Below, piece by piece: positions 26,962 through 38,179 of a stretch of DNA of 64,000 bases. Each line of letters opens with the position of its first letter. Within the stretch, counting starts at the first letter, position 1. A program made the translations under genes and the position numbers. A model generated the notes under the pieces. The model was not told the origin of the DNA and searched no databases. It saw nothing but the letters and a program-made list of their open reading frames with translations. The stretch comes from Haliotis rufescens (Eukaryota): assembly GCF_023055435.1 (NCBI RefSeq), contig NW_025963857.1:23436001-23500000 (forward strand), in the 5' to 3' direction.

Positions 26962-27269
26962 CATGGTGGCATCAATCCTTCGGATACAACCCCAGCTTCC
27001 TGACACCAAGATCATCGTATCCTCAATGCTGCACAGGCGCTACTGGCAAGATGCCAGGGACCCACTAAAGATCGAGGGGATGCGGAAGAATATCAACCGT
27101 CGACTGGCCAACCGAGTCGAAGAGCTCGGCGGTACAATGGTGCCACATCCCCAGATCCTGGCATCAGACAAGACATGGTACGCCTGGGAGGGCGACCACC
27201 TCAGTGACAAAGGACTGTGTGTGTTTACGGACAATTTATTGCATGCCCTGGCGCTTGTTATCTCCACAG
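26951..27269 (+). pseudogene. C-terminal remnant of an SGNH/GDSL hydrolase ORF of the Ngaro element (the raw ORF runs to 27406)
   Basis: PDTKIIVSSMLHR...INRRL...WEGDHLSDKG...F resembles SGNH block V (D-x-x-H-L-S-x-x-G, here with E). The N-terminal blocks are missing and the remnant is fused directly behind the truncated RNase H. Confidence 0.75.
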
Positions 27270-27367
27270 GTTTGTGTTTCCTTTCAGTACATAGGCAACC
27301 CGGGCAACAATGCTATCTCCGCGTATCGCGTGGCCGTGGGTGTGGGGTAGCACTCTGGTGCTTTGTG

Positions 27368-28020
27368 GCGGGGTTCTTGTGGGCTACACTGCTAGTTACG
27401 AATTAACTTGCTTCCAAATTAATACTCGTGCTTAAGGCTACCTGCTTTTCAGCGGGAACCTTTCCGGGGTTACCTGCTTCTCAGTGGGAACCTTGTCTTT
27501 CCCGACTTTTCAGCCGGGGAATCGTAAAATAACATACGTTGGGGCAAACAATTGCCACGTATATGGGCCCGGCGGCGGAAGTCGTCTTGTCAAGCGGTAG
27601 CTGACAGTTGGGTCCGCGGCTTCGGAGCCGCACAATGGTTTTGCTAATGGGGCCGGGCAGTGGGATCTGCTTTGGCCGGCTACCTGGGGCCGGGCAGCGG
27701 TAGTCTGACTTAGGCCAGCAGCGTGGAGCTGCTTTTGGCAGCGTGGGAGTTGCCAAGCAATGGTAGCGGTTAAATATGCTACCGTGGGGGCCGGACAGCG
27801 GAAGCAGTCTCAGGCCAGCAGCGCTAGCTGCAATCGCCGTTGGCCACGCGCGTGGCCATGGCAACGGTAGCATTTTGGTATACACAATTAGCAGCTAAGT
27901 AGCCCACTAGTACCTGCACACCCTCGGCCATTTAACCCAATCTCATCTTCTGTTTTTATTATAGGCACGGGCATCCACGGCTCGGTGGCCCGTGCCTCTC
28001 CTTGGCATATCGCGGGATAA
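27368..28020 (+). repeat. Split direct repeat B1 (653 bp, GC-rich); copies at 28546-29198, 29724-30376 and 30902-31554
   Basis: Direct identity from GCGGGGTTCTTGTGGG to CGCGGGATAA. B1 differs from B2-B4 at about 4 positions. Confidence 0.95.
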
Positions 28021-31000
28021 TTACATTTAGTACTGACTACTAAATGACTTTATCGCGCGTATCCAAACCATGGGCTAATTACATCTGTAACCCAATCACC
28101 CCCCGTAACTCAATCACCCCGGGCCACCACTCGGCACCGTGCCCGGGGAATAATCCCGCGCAAGCATCATCCCGCCCTTTGTTAGTCCGTCATTCGCGAA
28201 CAGCCCTTCCCCAAGTACACACGTGTGTCACTGTATCTAATCGCTTTCCCACCCACCCACCCAGCTTGCCACTCCTTTTTCTTTCCTTTTCAGACTGACG
28301 TGTCCTCTTCACCTGGAATGCTAATCACTTCTTTTCTTCAGCGTTTATTCTATTACAGGTACCAGCAGAGCGGATTGTATATATGTAAATAAACCTGTAC
28401 ATATGTAAAATAGGTTTTCAGGGCGCTTGTATATATGTACATACTCTTAAACGATTCTGATATATGTAAATAAACATGACTTCCTTATAGCTGTATATAT
28501 GTATATATGCAATACCTGTCTCAACAATAAACTATGTCGAGGTGTGCGGGGTTCTTGTGGGCTACACTGCTAGTAACAAATTAACTTGCTTCCAAATTAA
28601 TACTCGTGCTTAAGGCTACCTGCTTTTCAGCGGGAACCTTTCCGGGGTTACCTGCTTCTCAGTGGGAACCTTGTCTTTCCCGACTTTTCAGCCGGGGAAT
28701 CGTAAAATAACATACGTTGGGGCAAACAATTGCCACGTATATGGGCCCGGCGGCGGAAGTCGTCTTGTCAAGCGGTAGCTGACAGTTGGGTCCGCGGCGT
28801 GGGAGCCGCACAATGGTTTTGCTAATGGGGCCGGGCAGTGGGATCTGCTTTGGCCGGCTACCTGGGGCCGGGCAGCGGTAGTCTGACTTAGGCCAGCAGC
28901 GTGGAGCTGCTTTTGGCAGCGTGGGAGTTGCCAAGCAATGGTAGCGGTTAAATATGCTACCGTGGGGGCCGGACAGCGGAAGCAGTCTCAGGCCAGCAGC
29001 GCTAGCTGCAATCGCCGTTGGCCACGCGCGTGGCCATGGCAACGGTAGCATTTTGGTATACACAATTAGCAGCTAAGTAGCCCACTAGTACCTGCACACC
29101 CTCGGCCATTTAACCCAATCTCATCTTCTGTTTTTATTATAGGCACGGGCATCCACGGCTCGGTGGCCCGTGCCTCTCCTTGGCATATCGCGGGATAATT
29201 ACATTTAGTACTGACTACTAAATGACTTTATCGCGCGTATCCAAACCATGGGCTAATTACATCTGTAACCCAATCACCCCCCGTAACTCAATCACCCCGG
29301 GCCACCACTCGGCACCGTGCCCGGGGAATAATCCCGCGCAAGCATCATCCCGCCCTTTGTTAGTCCGTCATTCGCGAACAGCCCTTCCCCAAGTACACAC
29401 GTGTGTCACTGTATCTAATCGCTTTCCCACCCACCCACCCAGCTTGCCACTCCTTTTTCTTTCCTTTTCAGACTGACGTGTCCTCTTCACCTGGAATGCT
29501 AATCACTTCTTTTCTTCAGCGTTTATTCTATTACAGGTACCAGCAGAGCGGATTGTATATATGTAAATAAACCTGTACATATGTAAAATAGGTTTTCAGG
29601 GCGCTTGTATATATGTACATACTCTTAAACGATTCTGATATATGTAAATAAACATGACTTCCTTATAGCTGTATATATGTATATATGCAATACCTGTCTC
29701 AACAATAAACTATGTCGAGGTGTGCGGGGTTCTTGTGGGCTACACTGCTAGTAACAAATTAACTTGCTTCCAAATTAATACTCGTGCTTAAGGCTACCTG
29801 CTTTTCAGCGGGAACCTTTCCGGGGTTACCTGCTTCTCAGTGGGAACCTTGTCTTTCCCGACTTTTCAGCCGGGGAATCGTAAAATAACATACGTTGGGG
29901 CAAACAATTGCCACGTATATGGGCCCGGCGGCGGAAGTCGTCTTGTCAAGCGGTAGCTGACAGTTGGGTCCGCGGCGTGGGAGCCGCACAATGGTTTTGC
30001 TAATGGGGCCGGGCAGTGGGATCTGCTTTGGCCGGCTACCTGGGGCCGGGCAGCGGTAGTCTGACTTAGGCCAGCAGCGTGGAGCTGCTTTTGGCAGCGT
30101 GGGAGTTGCCAAGCAATGGTAGCGGTTAAATATGCTACCGTGGGGGCCGGACAGCGGAAGCAGTCTCAGGCCAGCAGCGCTAGCTGCAATCGCCGTTGGC
30201 CACGCGCGTGGCCATGGCAACGGTAGCATTTTGGTATACACAATTAGCAGCTAAGTAGCCCACTAGTACCTGCACACCCTCGGCCATTTAACCCAATCTC
30301 ATCTTCTGTTTTTATTATAGGCACGGGCATCCACGGCTCGGTGGCCCGTGCCTCTCCTTGGCATATCGCGGGATAATTACATTTAGTACTGACTACTAAA
30401 TGACTTTATCGCGCGTATCCAAACCATGGGCTAATTACATCTGTAACCCAATCACCCCCCGTAACTCAATCACCCCGGGCCACCACTCGGCACCGTGCCC
30501 GGGGAATAATCCCGCGCAAGCATCATCCCGCCCTTTGTTAGTCCGTCATTCGCGAACAGCCCTTCCCCAAGTACACACGTGTGTCACTGTATCTAATCGC
30601 TTTCCCACCCACCCACCCAGCTTGCCACTCCTTTTTCTTTCCTTTTCAGACTGACGTGTCCTCTTCACCTGGAATGCTAATCACTTCTTTTCTTCAGCGT
30701 TTATTCTATTACAGGTACCAGCAGAGCGGATTGTATATATGTAAATAAACCTGTACATATGTAAAATAGGTTTTCAGGGCGCTTGTATATATGTACATAC
30801 TCTTAAACGATTCTGATATATGTAAATAAACATGACTTCCTTATAGCTGTATATATGTATATATGCAATACCTGTCTCAACAATAAACTATGTCGAGGTG
30901 TGCGGGGTTCTTGTGGGCTACACTGCTAGTAACAAATTAACTTGCTTCCAAATTAATACTCGTGCTTAAGGCTACCTGCTTTTCAGCGGGAACCTTTCCG

Positions 31001-31554
31001 GGGTTACCTGCTTCTCAGTGGGAACCTTGTCTTTCCCGACTTTTCAGCCGGGGAATCGTAAAATAACATACGTTGGGGCAAACAATTGCCACGTATATGG
31101 GCCCGGCGGCGGAAGTCGTCTTGTCAAGCGGTAGCTGACAGTTGGGTCCGCGGCGTGGGAGCCGCACAATGGTTTTGCTAATGGGGCCGGGCAGTGGGAT
31201 CTGCTTTGGCCGGCTACCTGGGGCCGGGCAGCGGTAGTCTGACTTAGGCCAGCAGCGTGGAGCTGCTTTTGGCAGCGTGGGAGTTGCCAAGCAATGGTAG
31301 CGGTTAAATATGCTACCGTGGGGGCCGGACAGCGGAAGCAGTCTCAGGCCAGCAGCGCTAGCTGCAATCGCCGTTGGCCACGCGCGTGGCCATGGCAACG
31401 GTAGCATTTTGGTATACACAATTAGCAGCTAAGTAGCCCACTAGTACCTGCACACCCTCGGCCATTTAACCCAATCTCATCTTCTGTTTTTATTATAGGC
31501 ACGGGCATCCACGGCTCGGTGGCCCGTGCCTCTCCTTGGCATATCGCGGGATAA
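28021..31554 (+). repeat. Three tandem copies of the 1178-bp A-C-B terminal module
   Basis: Period 1178 = 227 (A) + 298 (C spacer) + 653 (B). The ORF track repeats at 28044/29222/30400 and 28659/29837/31015. Confidence 0.97.
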
Positions 31555-33099
31555 TAGAAGAAAGTATATAAATCGTCTCTACCCTTTACGTATGCCCTTG
31601 ACATGATGAAGCAGTAGTGATAGTGATGATTGTGTTCTTTTAAGTCGTGTTTAGACCAAAACTCTTACCAAGAATAAAACACGCGCAAATCAGTTTGACA
31701 ATGTGTAACTATATAAGGGTTGCCCAGAAAAACCGTACATCTAAAAGTAAAGACGTGTGTTTTCAGAAGAAAATGCTCTTAAAGTATAACACAAAGGTGT
31801 TTTCAAAGATAGACATGATCAAACGACTTGTTTTTACAGTCTGGTTGTTGTTATAAAGACTTATGACACGCTTTAAAGTTGGACCATTTATTCCGCTGAA
31901 TTTCACTCTCTACAGTTACCAAATGCAATCTCCTTTGTATTGATAAATGATTGTCACTTCTGCTTTGTAATCAAACAATAGGGATATATTAGCTATTTGT
32001 TTGTTCATTGTAATCTTCAATCCTACCAATCCAGTTCGGAATCTTCAAATTCGCGCTCTGATTTAATCAATATGTATTTTACAAATAGCGCCTACAGGGA
32101 AGGTGGTTAGTAAACACACAACTAAATATCTATATAGATACTTCTCCTATTAATTACATAAGCAGTATGCAAAATGTTAAATTGCATCATCAAATCAAGA
32201 AGTACATGTTTGATGGAAATTACAAATAATTCGTAGTTTGATAAGCTATACCCGGACAAGCGTATTTAATAGATACTTTTGAATTCAATCGTTTTGTTTG
32301 TGTAATTGATAAACTGTAAAGATATGTTATTGTCATGGAAATTCCAACTGTATGCATTCCCTTCTAACCAAAGCAGTAAGAATCTTGCAACATTTGTTTT
32401 GATGCTCTACATCACTATGGCTTTCGGGTTTGTTTTATTGCAGCAGCTCAGATATTATTTATACAAAGCGCCATAACAACATGTAGATTGTATTCTGAAT
32501 ACAACTTTCGCTCATTTTCAAGGACAGCGCACACATTTGCATTTCAATACAGTGCACACTGTCTACCCCTTGATACCGTCAATGACTGCTTTGACAAAAA
32601 TTGACACGCCTGCTTATTTGTTTCGCTGCATGTTTTTAAAATGCAAATTGAAATACAGACAGCCAATTCCAGATATTATGGTACTTCAAATGGCCATCAA
32701 ACCCTTTCCTGGCAGCCCAAATGATACATTCCCGTGAAACATGAACTCGGGTAAGTGACATTTGGTGGGAGATATATCAAGCATAAAATCCCTCCTCTTA
32801 TCATCATGTCCGGTTTCCTCAGGAACTTAATAGCACATTTCAGTAGTTGATATCTTAGCTAGCAGTAAAACGCAATATCATTGAAGTGTGCTTGGATATT
32901 GGTCGACAACACGTACTATGTCCAGAGTTTACAATATGGAGAAACATAGATCACTCTTCCATTGTGAACATTCAATTCAGATTAAGATTTTCAAACAAAT
33001 TTCAAGGCGTAAATAAATATGACAAGATTTTATTGAACCAATTCCATTGGTTTGAGAAAATACATAAATAGCCAGCATCACACTGCAGGTGATAATAAC

Positions 33100-33716
33100 T
33101 CAATAATAGCCGATACCTGAAACAAAAAAATAGTAGAATAAAGTTGGGATGTATGGATAAGTCACAACGAAGTCTTGAAACTAGCTGCATGATAAACTAT
33201 ACCAAATATTAGAGAAAGCAGAGAATAGTTTTAAAGATGTTTTGTAAATGTCATCAGCTTTGTCGCTGAAAATAGTAATACCACATAGGTAAATTATGCA
33301 ATTTTGCAAACGAGACTGGGGGTATATTTACGGATACGATAAACAAATGATATCATATTTTGTGAAATACCTTTTCCCAATCCAATTCCGTATCCTCCCA
33401 TTCCGTAGAGACCACCATAGCCCCCGAGTCCTCCGTACAGACCTCCCATGCCGTATCCGTATTTGCCTCCGTATAGACCTCCCATGCCTCCGTATATACC
33501 TCCCATGCCTCCGTATAGACCTCCCATGCCTCCGTATAGACCTCCATAGCCTCCAAGACCTCCAAGACCTCCAAGGCCTCCGTACAATCCACCCATTCCG
33601 TAGCCAATTCCGCCCAGTCCTCCTTTCAACCCGCCAATTCCACCATACAGACCGGTAGGCTCGGCAAAGGCGGTAACAGCCAGGCAGGCAACAAGAGCGG
33701 CGACTATCTTCATCAT
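33100..33716 (-). CDS. Secreted Gly/Tyr-rich protein, copy 6, 120 aa; exons 33371..33716 and 33100..33116
   Basis: Same spliced protein as copy 1. The ORF-track difference (YTPS) lies in the predicted intron. Confidence 0.9.
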
Positions 33717-36700
33717 TTTGAGTATCTATTGAGTAACGGGAAAATTATTGTCAAGAAAGGTAAAATAGCATGTTATCGTTACTCATCTGGTAAATTCAGT
33801 TCACACCACTCATTGTGAATTATGTTATCAGTTTTGCTTTCACCCGCATTCATATATTTCTCAATTTACAAGAACGTCTTATGTTACATATTCGGACTTT
33901 TATGAATTGGCTCAACATAAAGATTGAAAACAGCCTGATGCGCAGCAGATGAATCAAAAATTAAAAGTATACATATATATCACAAGCAAAATTTAAATTA
34001 GTACTTGCAGTTTGGTCTTTACTCGTATCTGTGTCTCAACGGCAGGTGAAGATAAGAGATGATGGAACAGTTTCCCCCGTCCTTTATATATACCATTTGT
34101 GAATTATACGTGATTGATTTACCTTGGGCTGACCACTTCCAGGTAAGTAACGCACCTCAGCTTAATGGTGTAAAGTAAGCATTCTTTTCGCATCAAAGGG
34201 CCCGAGGTTATCACCCTACGGGTACACATGCGAGCTGGTATCCATGAACATCGATTAAGGAAGTACAAGACAACGTATATAAAGGTGGCAAACAGACACA
34301 CTCTCTCTGGCATCGTCGAACTGCATTTCAAACAGTCCTCGATACTCAATGTTTAACCTATATTATTTAGGGGCGGTCGGGTAGCCTAGTGGTTAAAGCG
34401 TTCGCTCGTTACGCCGAAGACACGGGTTCGATTTCCGACATGGGTACAATGTGTGTAGCCCATTGCTGGTGTCCCCCGCCGTGATATTGCTGGAATATTG
34501 CTAAAAGTGGCGTAAAACCATACTCACTCACTCACTTTAACCTATATTAAGTAAATATTCGATAATGGTCTGAAAAGTGTGTATCCAGTAAATATATGAT
34601 GTGGGAGCAACATACATCAGACATTATAATGCATCTGTGTGATACGACATAACATGAGACCAGAAAACTGACGCAACACACCAGTACAGCCTCGCCACAG
34701 TACAGCAGTAGCACTGTACCACACACGGTCAACTATGCTAACCGTTTCCGTGTAATACAGCAGCCTGCTCACAAGAAAATAGCTTCTGCTGAATATACTG
34801 CAGAAGTCCCCAGATACTACATTATTCTCCCCGAATTTTATTTATCTTACTGCACAATAACTATAAACTACAACAGCTTTATTTCCTAACTGAAAGGGAC
34901 ATATATTGGTTTCTTCTCACAAAGGGACTGTCACTATGAATACTCACAACACCTTTATATGTGTGTAGTATCTGTTAAAAGCCGAAAGTACACCAGTGTC
35001 TTCTGAAAACATGATTGACATATGAACAACAGCTTGTTTTCTCGTCTTTGTTGACTTGTCTTTGTATGTGTTTGTGACGGTAGAACCGATGGGGCAGGAT
35101 ACGCTTACTTTTTGGCAACCGCCAGGTATCATCACTATCTGGTTGGTTAGTTGGTTGGTTGGTTGTTTAACGCTGCACTCAGCAATATATTACTGCTATA
35201 TGACGGCGGTCTGTAAATAATCGAGTCTGGACCAGACAATCCAGTGATTAAAATCATTAGCATCGATCCACCCAATTGGGATCGATGACATGCATCAACC
35301 AAGTCAGCGAGCCTGACCACCCGATCCCGTTAGTCGCCTTTTACGACAAGCATAGTCACCTTTTACGGCAAGCATGGGTTGCTGAAGACCTATATATTCT
35401 ACCCCGGAATCCACTATCTGATAGTCATTCATACGCACATGCTTGTGATCATTATAGTCGGAACTGTACAATGGTCTCTGCTTCGAGCAGAGCTTTCGAA
35501 TGATTCTGAAAAGGGTTTTGTGGCGTTTATTTGCAACTGCGTTTCTTGAGAGAACTCTCTTATCTTCAACATATCATCTTGATAATTGTACACTTCATTA
35601 TCAAGGAATTTGTGATAATACGAGCATCACTAAATTTGATATCTCAACTTTTATAGATAACGCCTGAATATTGATATAATAATCATTCAATGATGACCCT
35701 TTAACTACATAAATCGTCAACGACAGAGAATATTCAGGCTCGATTATCTGTTGAAACAGATTTCATTGGGTGTAAAAGGCAAGATTGTGCTAAAATGTAT
35801 ACTGAATATCAGTGATGTCACCAGGTGTTAGTGAATAGTTCATATTTGTTGGATGTTTCATGAGCTCCTCCGTCCGTTCCATCGTGTGCCAAATTGGGAG
35901 AATGTTGTCTTTTGACAATGTCTCAGCCATTCATACTTTTGCATATATACTTAATCACTGTTGCAAATAACTCACTTTAACGTGTTTTAATCTTCGGCTG
36001 AGTCTTAGGTCGTAAACATTAGAAGAAAGTATATAAATCGTCTCTACCCTTTACGTATGCCCTTGACATGATGAAGCAGTAGTGATAGTGATGATTGTGT
36101 TCTTTTAAGTCGTGTTTAGACCAAAACTCTTACCAAGAATAAAACACGCGCAAATCAGTTTGACAATGTGTAACTATATAAGGGTTGCCCAGAAAAACCG
36201 TACATCTAAAAGTAAAGACGTGTGTTTTCAGAAGAAAATGCTCTTAAAGTATAACACAAAGGTGTTTTCAAAGATAGACATGATCAAACGACTTGTTTTT
36301 ACAGTCTGGTTGTTGTTATAAAGACTTATGACACGCTTTAAAGTTGGACCATTTATTCCGCTGAATTTCACTCTCTACAGTTACCAAATGCAATCTCCTT
36401 TGTATTGATAAATGATTGTCACTTCTGCTTTGTAATCAAACAATAGGGATATATTAGCTATTTGTTTGTTCATTGTAATCTTCAATCCTACCAATCCAGT
36501 TCGGAATCTTCAAATTCGCGCTCTGATTTAATCAATATGTATTTTACAAATAGCGCCTACAGGGAAGGTGGTTAGTAAACACACAACTAAATATCTATAT
36601 AGATACTTCTCCTATTAATTACATAAGCAGTATGCAAAATGTTAAATTGCATCATCAAATCAAGAAGTACATGTTTGATGGAAATTACAAATAATTCGTA

Positions 36701-37563
36701 GTTTGATAAGCTATACCCGGACAAGCGTATTTAATAGATACTTTTGAATTCAATCGTTTTGTTTGTGTAATTGATAAACTGTAAAGATATGTTATTGTCA
36801 TGGAAATTCCAACTGTATGCATTCCCTTCTAACCAAAGCAGTAAGAATCTTGCAACATTTGTTTTGATGCTCTACATCACTATGGCTTTCGGGTTTGTTT
36901 TATTGCAGCAGCTCAGATATTATTTATACAAAGCGCCATAACAACATGTAGATTGTATTCTGAATACAACTTTCGCTCATTTTCAAGGACAGCGCACACA
37001 TTTGCATTTCAATACAGTGCACACTGTCTACCCCTTGATACCGTCAATAACTGCTTTGACAAAAATTGACACGCCTGCTTATTTGTTTCGCTGCATTTTT
37101 TAAAATGCAAATTGAAATACAGACAGCCAATTCCAGATATTATGGTACTTCAAATGGCCATCAAACCCTTTCCTGGCAGCCCAAATGATACATTCCCGTG
37201 AAACATGAACTCGGGTAAGTGACATTTGGTGGGAGATATATCAAGCATAAAATCCCTCCTCTTATCATCATGTCCGGTTTCCTCAGGAACTTAATAGCAC
37301 ATTTCAGTAGTTGATATCTTAGCTAGCAGTAAAACGCAATATCATTGAAGTGTGCTTGGATATTGGTCGACAACACGTACTATGTCCAGAGTTTACAATA
37401 TGGAGAAACATAGATCACTCTTCCATTGTGAACATTCAATTCAGATTAAGATTTTCAAACAAATTTCAAGGCGTAAATAAATATGACAAGATTTTATTGA
37501 ACCAATTCCATTGGTTTGAGAAAATACATAAATAGCCAGCATCACACTGCAGGTGATAATAAC

Positions 37564-38179
37564 TCAATAATAGCCGATACCTGAAACAAAAAAATAGTAG
37601 AATAAAGTTGGGATGTATGGATAAGTCACAACGAAGTCTTGAAACTAGCTGCATGATAAACTATACCAAATATTAGAGAAAGCAGAGAATAGTTTTAAAG
37701 ATGTTTTGTAAATGTCATCAGCTTTTTGCTGAAAATAGTAATACCACATAGGTAAATTATGCAATTTTACAAACGAGACTGGAGGTATATTCAAGGATAC
37801 GATAAACAAATGATATCATATTTTGTGAAATACCTTTTCCCAATCCAATTCCGTATCCTCCCATTCCGTAGAGACCACCATAGCCCCCGAGTCCTCCGTA
37901 CAGACCTCCCATGCCGTATCCGTATTTGCCTCCGTATAGACCTCCCATGCCTCCGTATATACCTCCCATGCCTCCGTATAGACCTCCCATGCCTCCGTAT
38001 AGACCTCCATAGCCTCCAAGACCTCCAAGACCTCCAAGGCCTCCGTACAATCCACCCATTCCGTAGCCAATTCCGCCCAGTCCTCCTTTCAACCCGCCAA
38101 TTCCACCATACAGACCGGTAGGCTCGGCAAAGGCGGTAACAGCCAGGCAGGCAACAAGAGCGGCGACTATCTTCATCAT
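37564..38179 (-). CDS. Secreted Gly/Tyr-rich protein, copy 7, 120 aa; exons 37834..38179 and 37564..37580
   Basis: Same spliced protein. Several SNPs and a 1-bp deletion are confined to the predicted intron. Confidence 0.9.

Larger units (their letters stand above)
24123..31554 (+). mobile_element. Ngaro-type (DIRS-order) tyrosine-recombinase retrotransposon, internally deleted and non-autonomous; structure A1-gag-RT/RH-SGNH-B1-(A-C-B)x3
   Basis: 7432 bp are inserted into the site TAAACAT^TAGAAG, which is empty in the other 12 units, with no TSD. It has split direct repeats A (227 bp) and B (653 bp), a DIRS/Ngaro-like gag and RT, and an SGNH-hydrolase remnant as known for Ngaro elements. Confidence 0.92.

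Noticed and set aside
27481-31419. 134-aa minus-strand ORF in each B repeat and 84-aa ORF in each A repeat
   Set aside because: These are chance ORFs in GC-rich terminal repeats, with no similarity to a tyrosine recombinase or other known domain that I can recognise.
24123-31554. LTR (Gypsy/BEL) retrotransposon, DIRS1-type element with inverted repeats, or a prokaryotic RT system (retron/DGR)
   Set aside because: There are no TG...CA LTRs, TSD, protease or integrase, and the termini are split direct rather than inverted repeats. The RT, gag and SGNH match Ngaro, and the context is eukaryotic.
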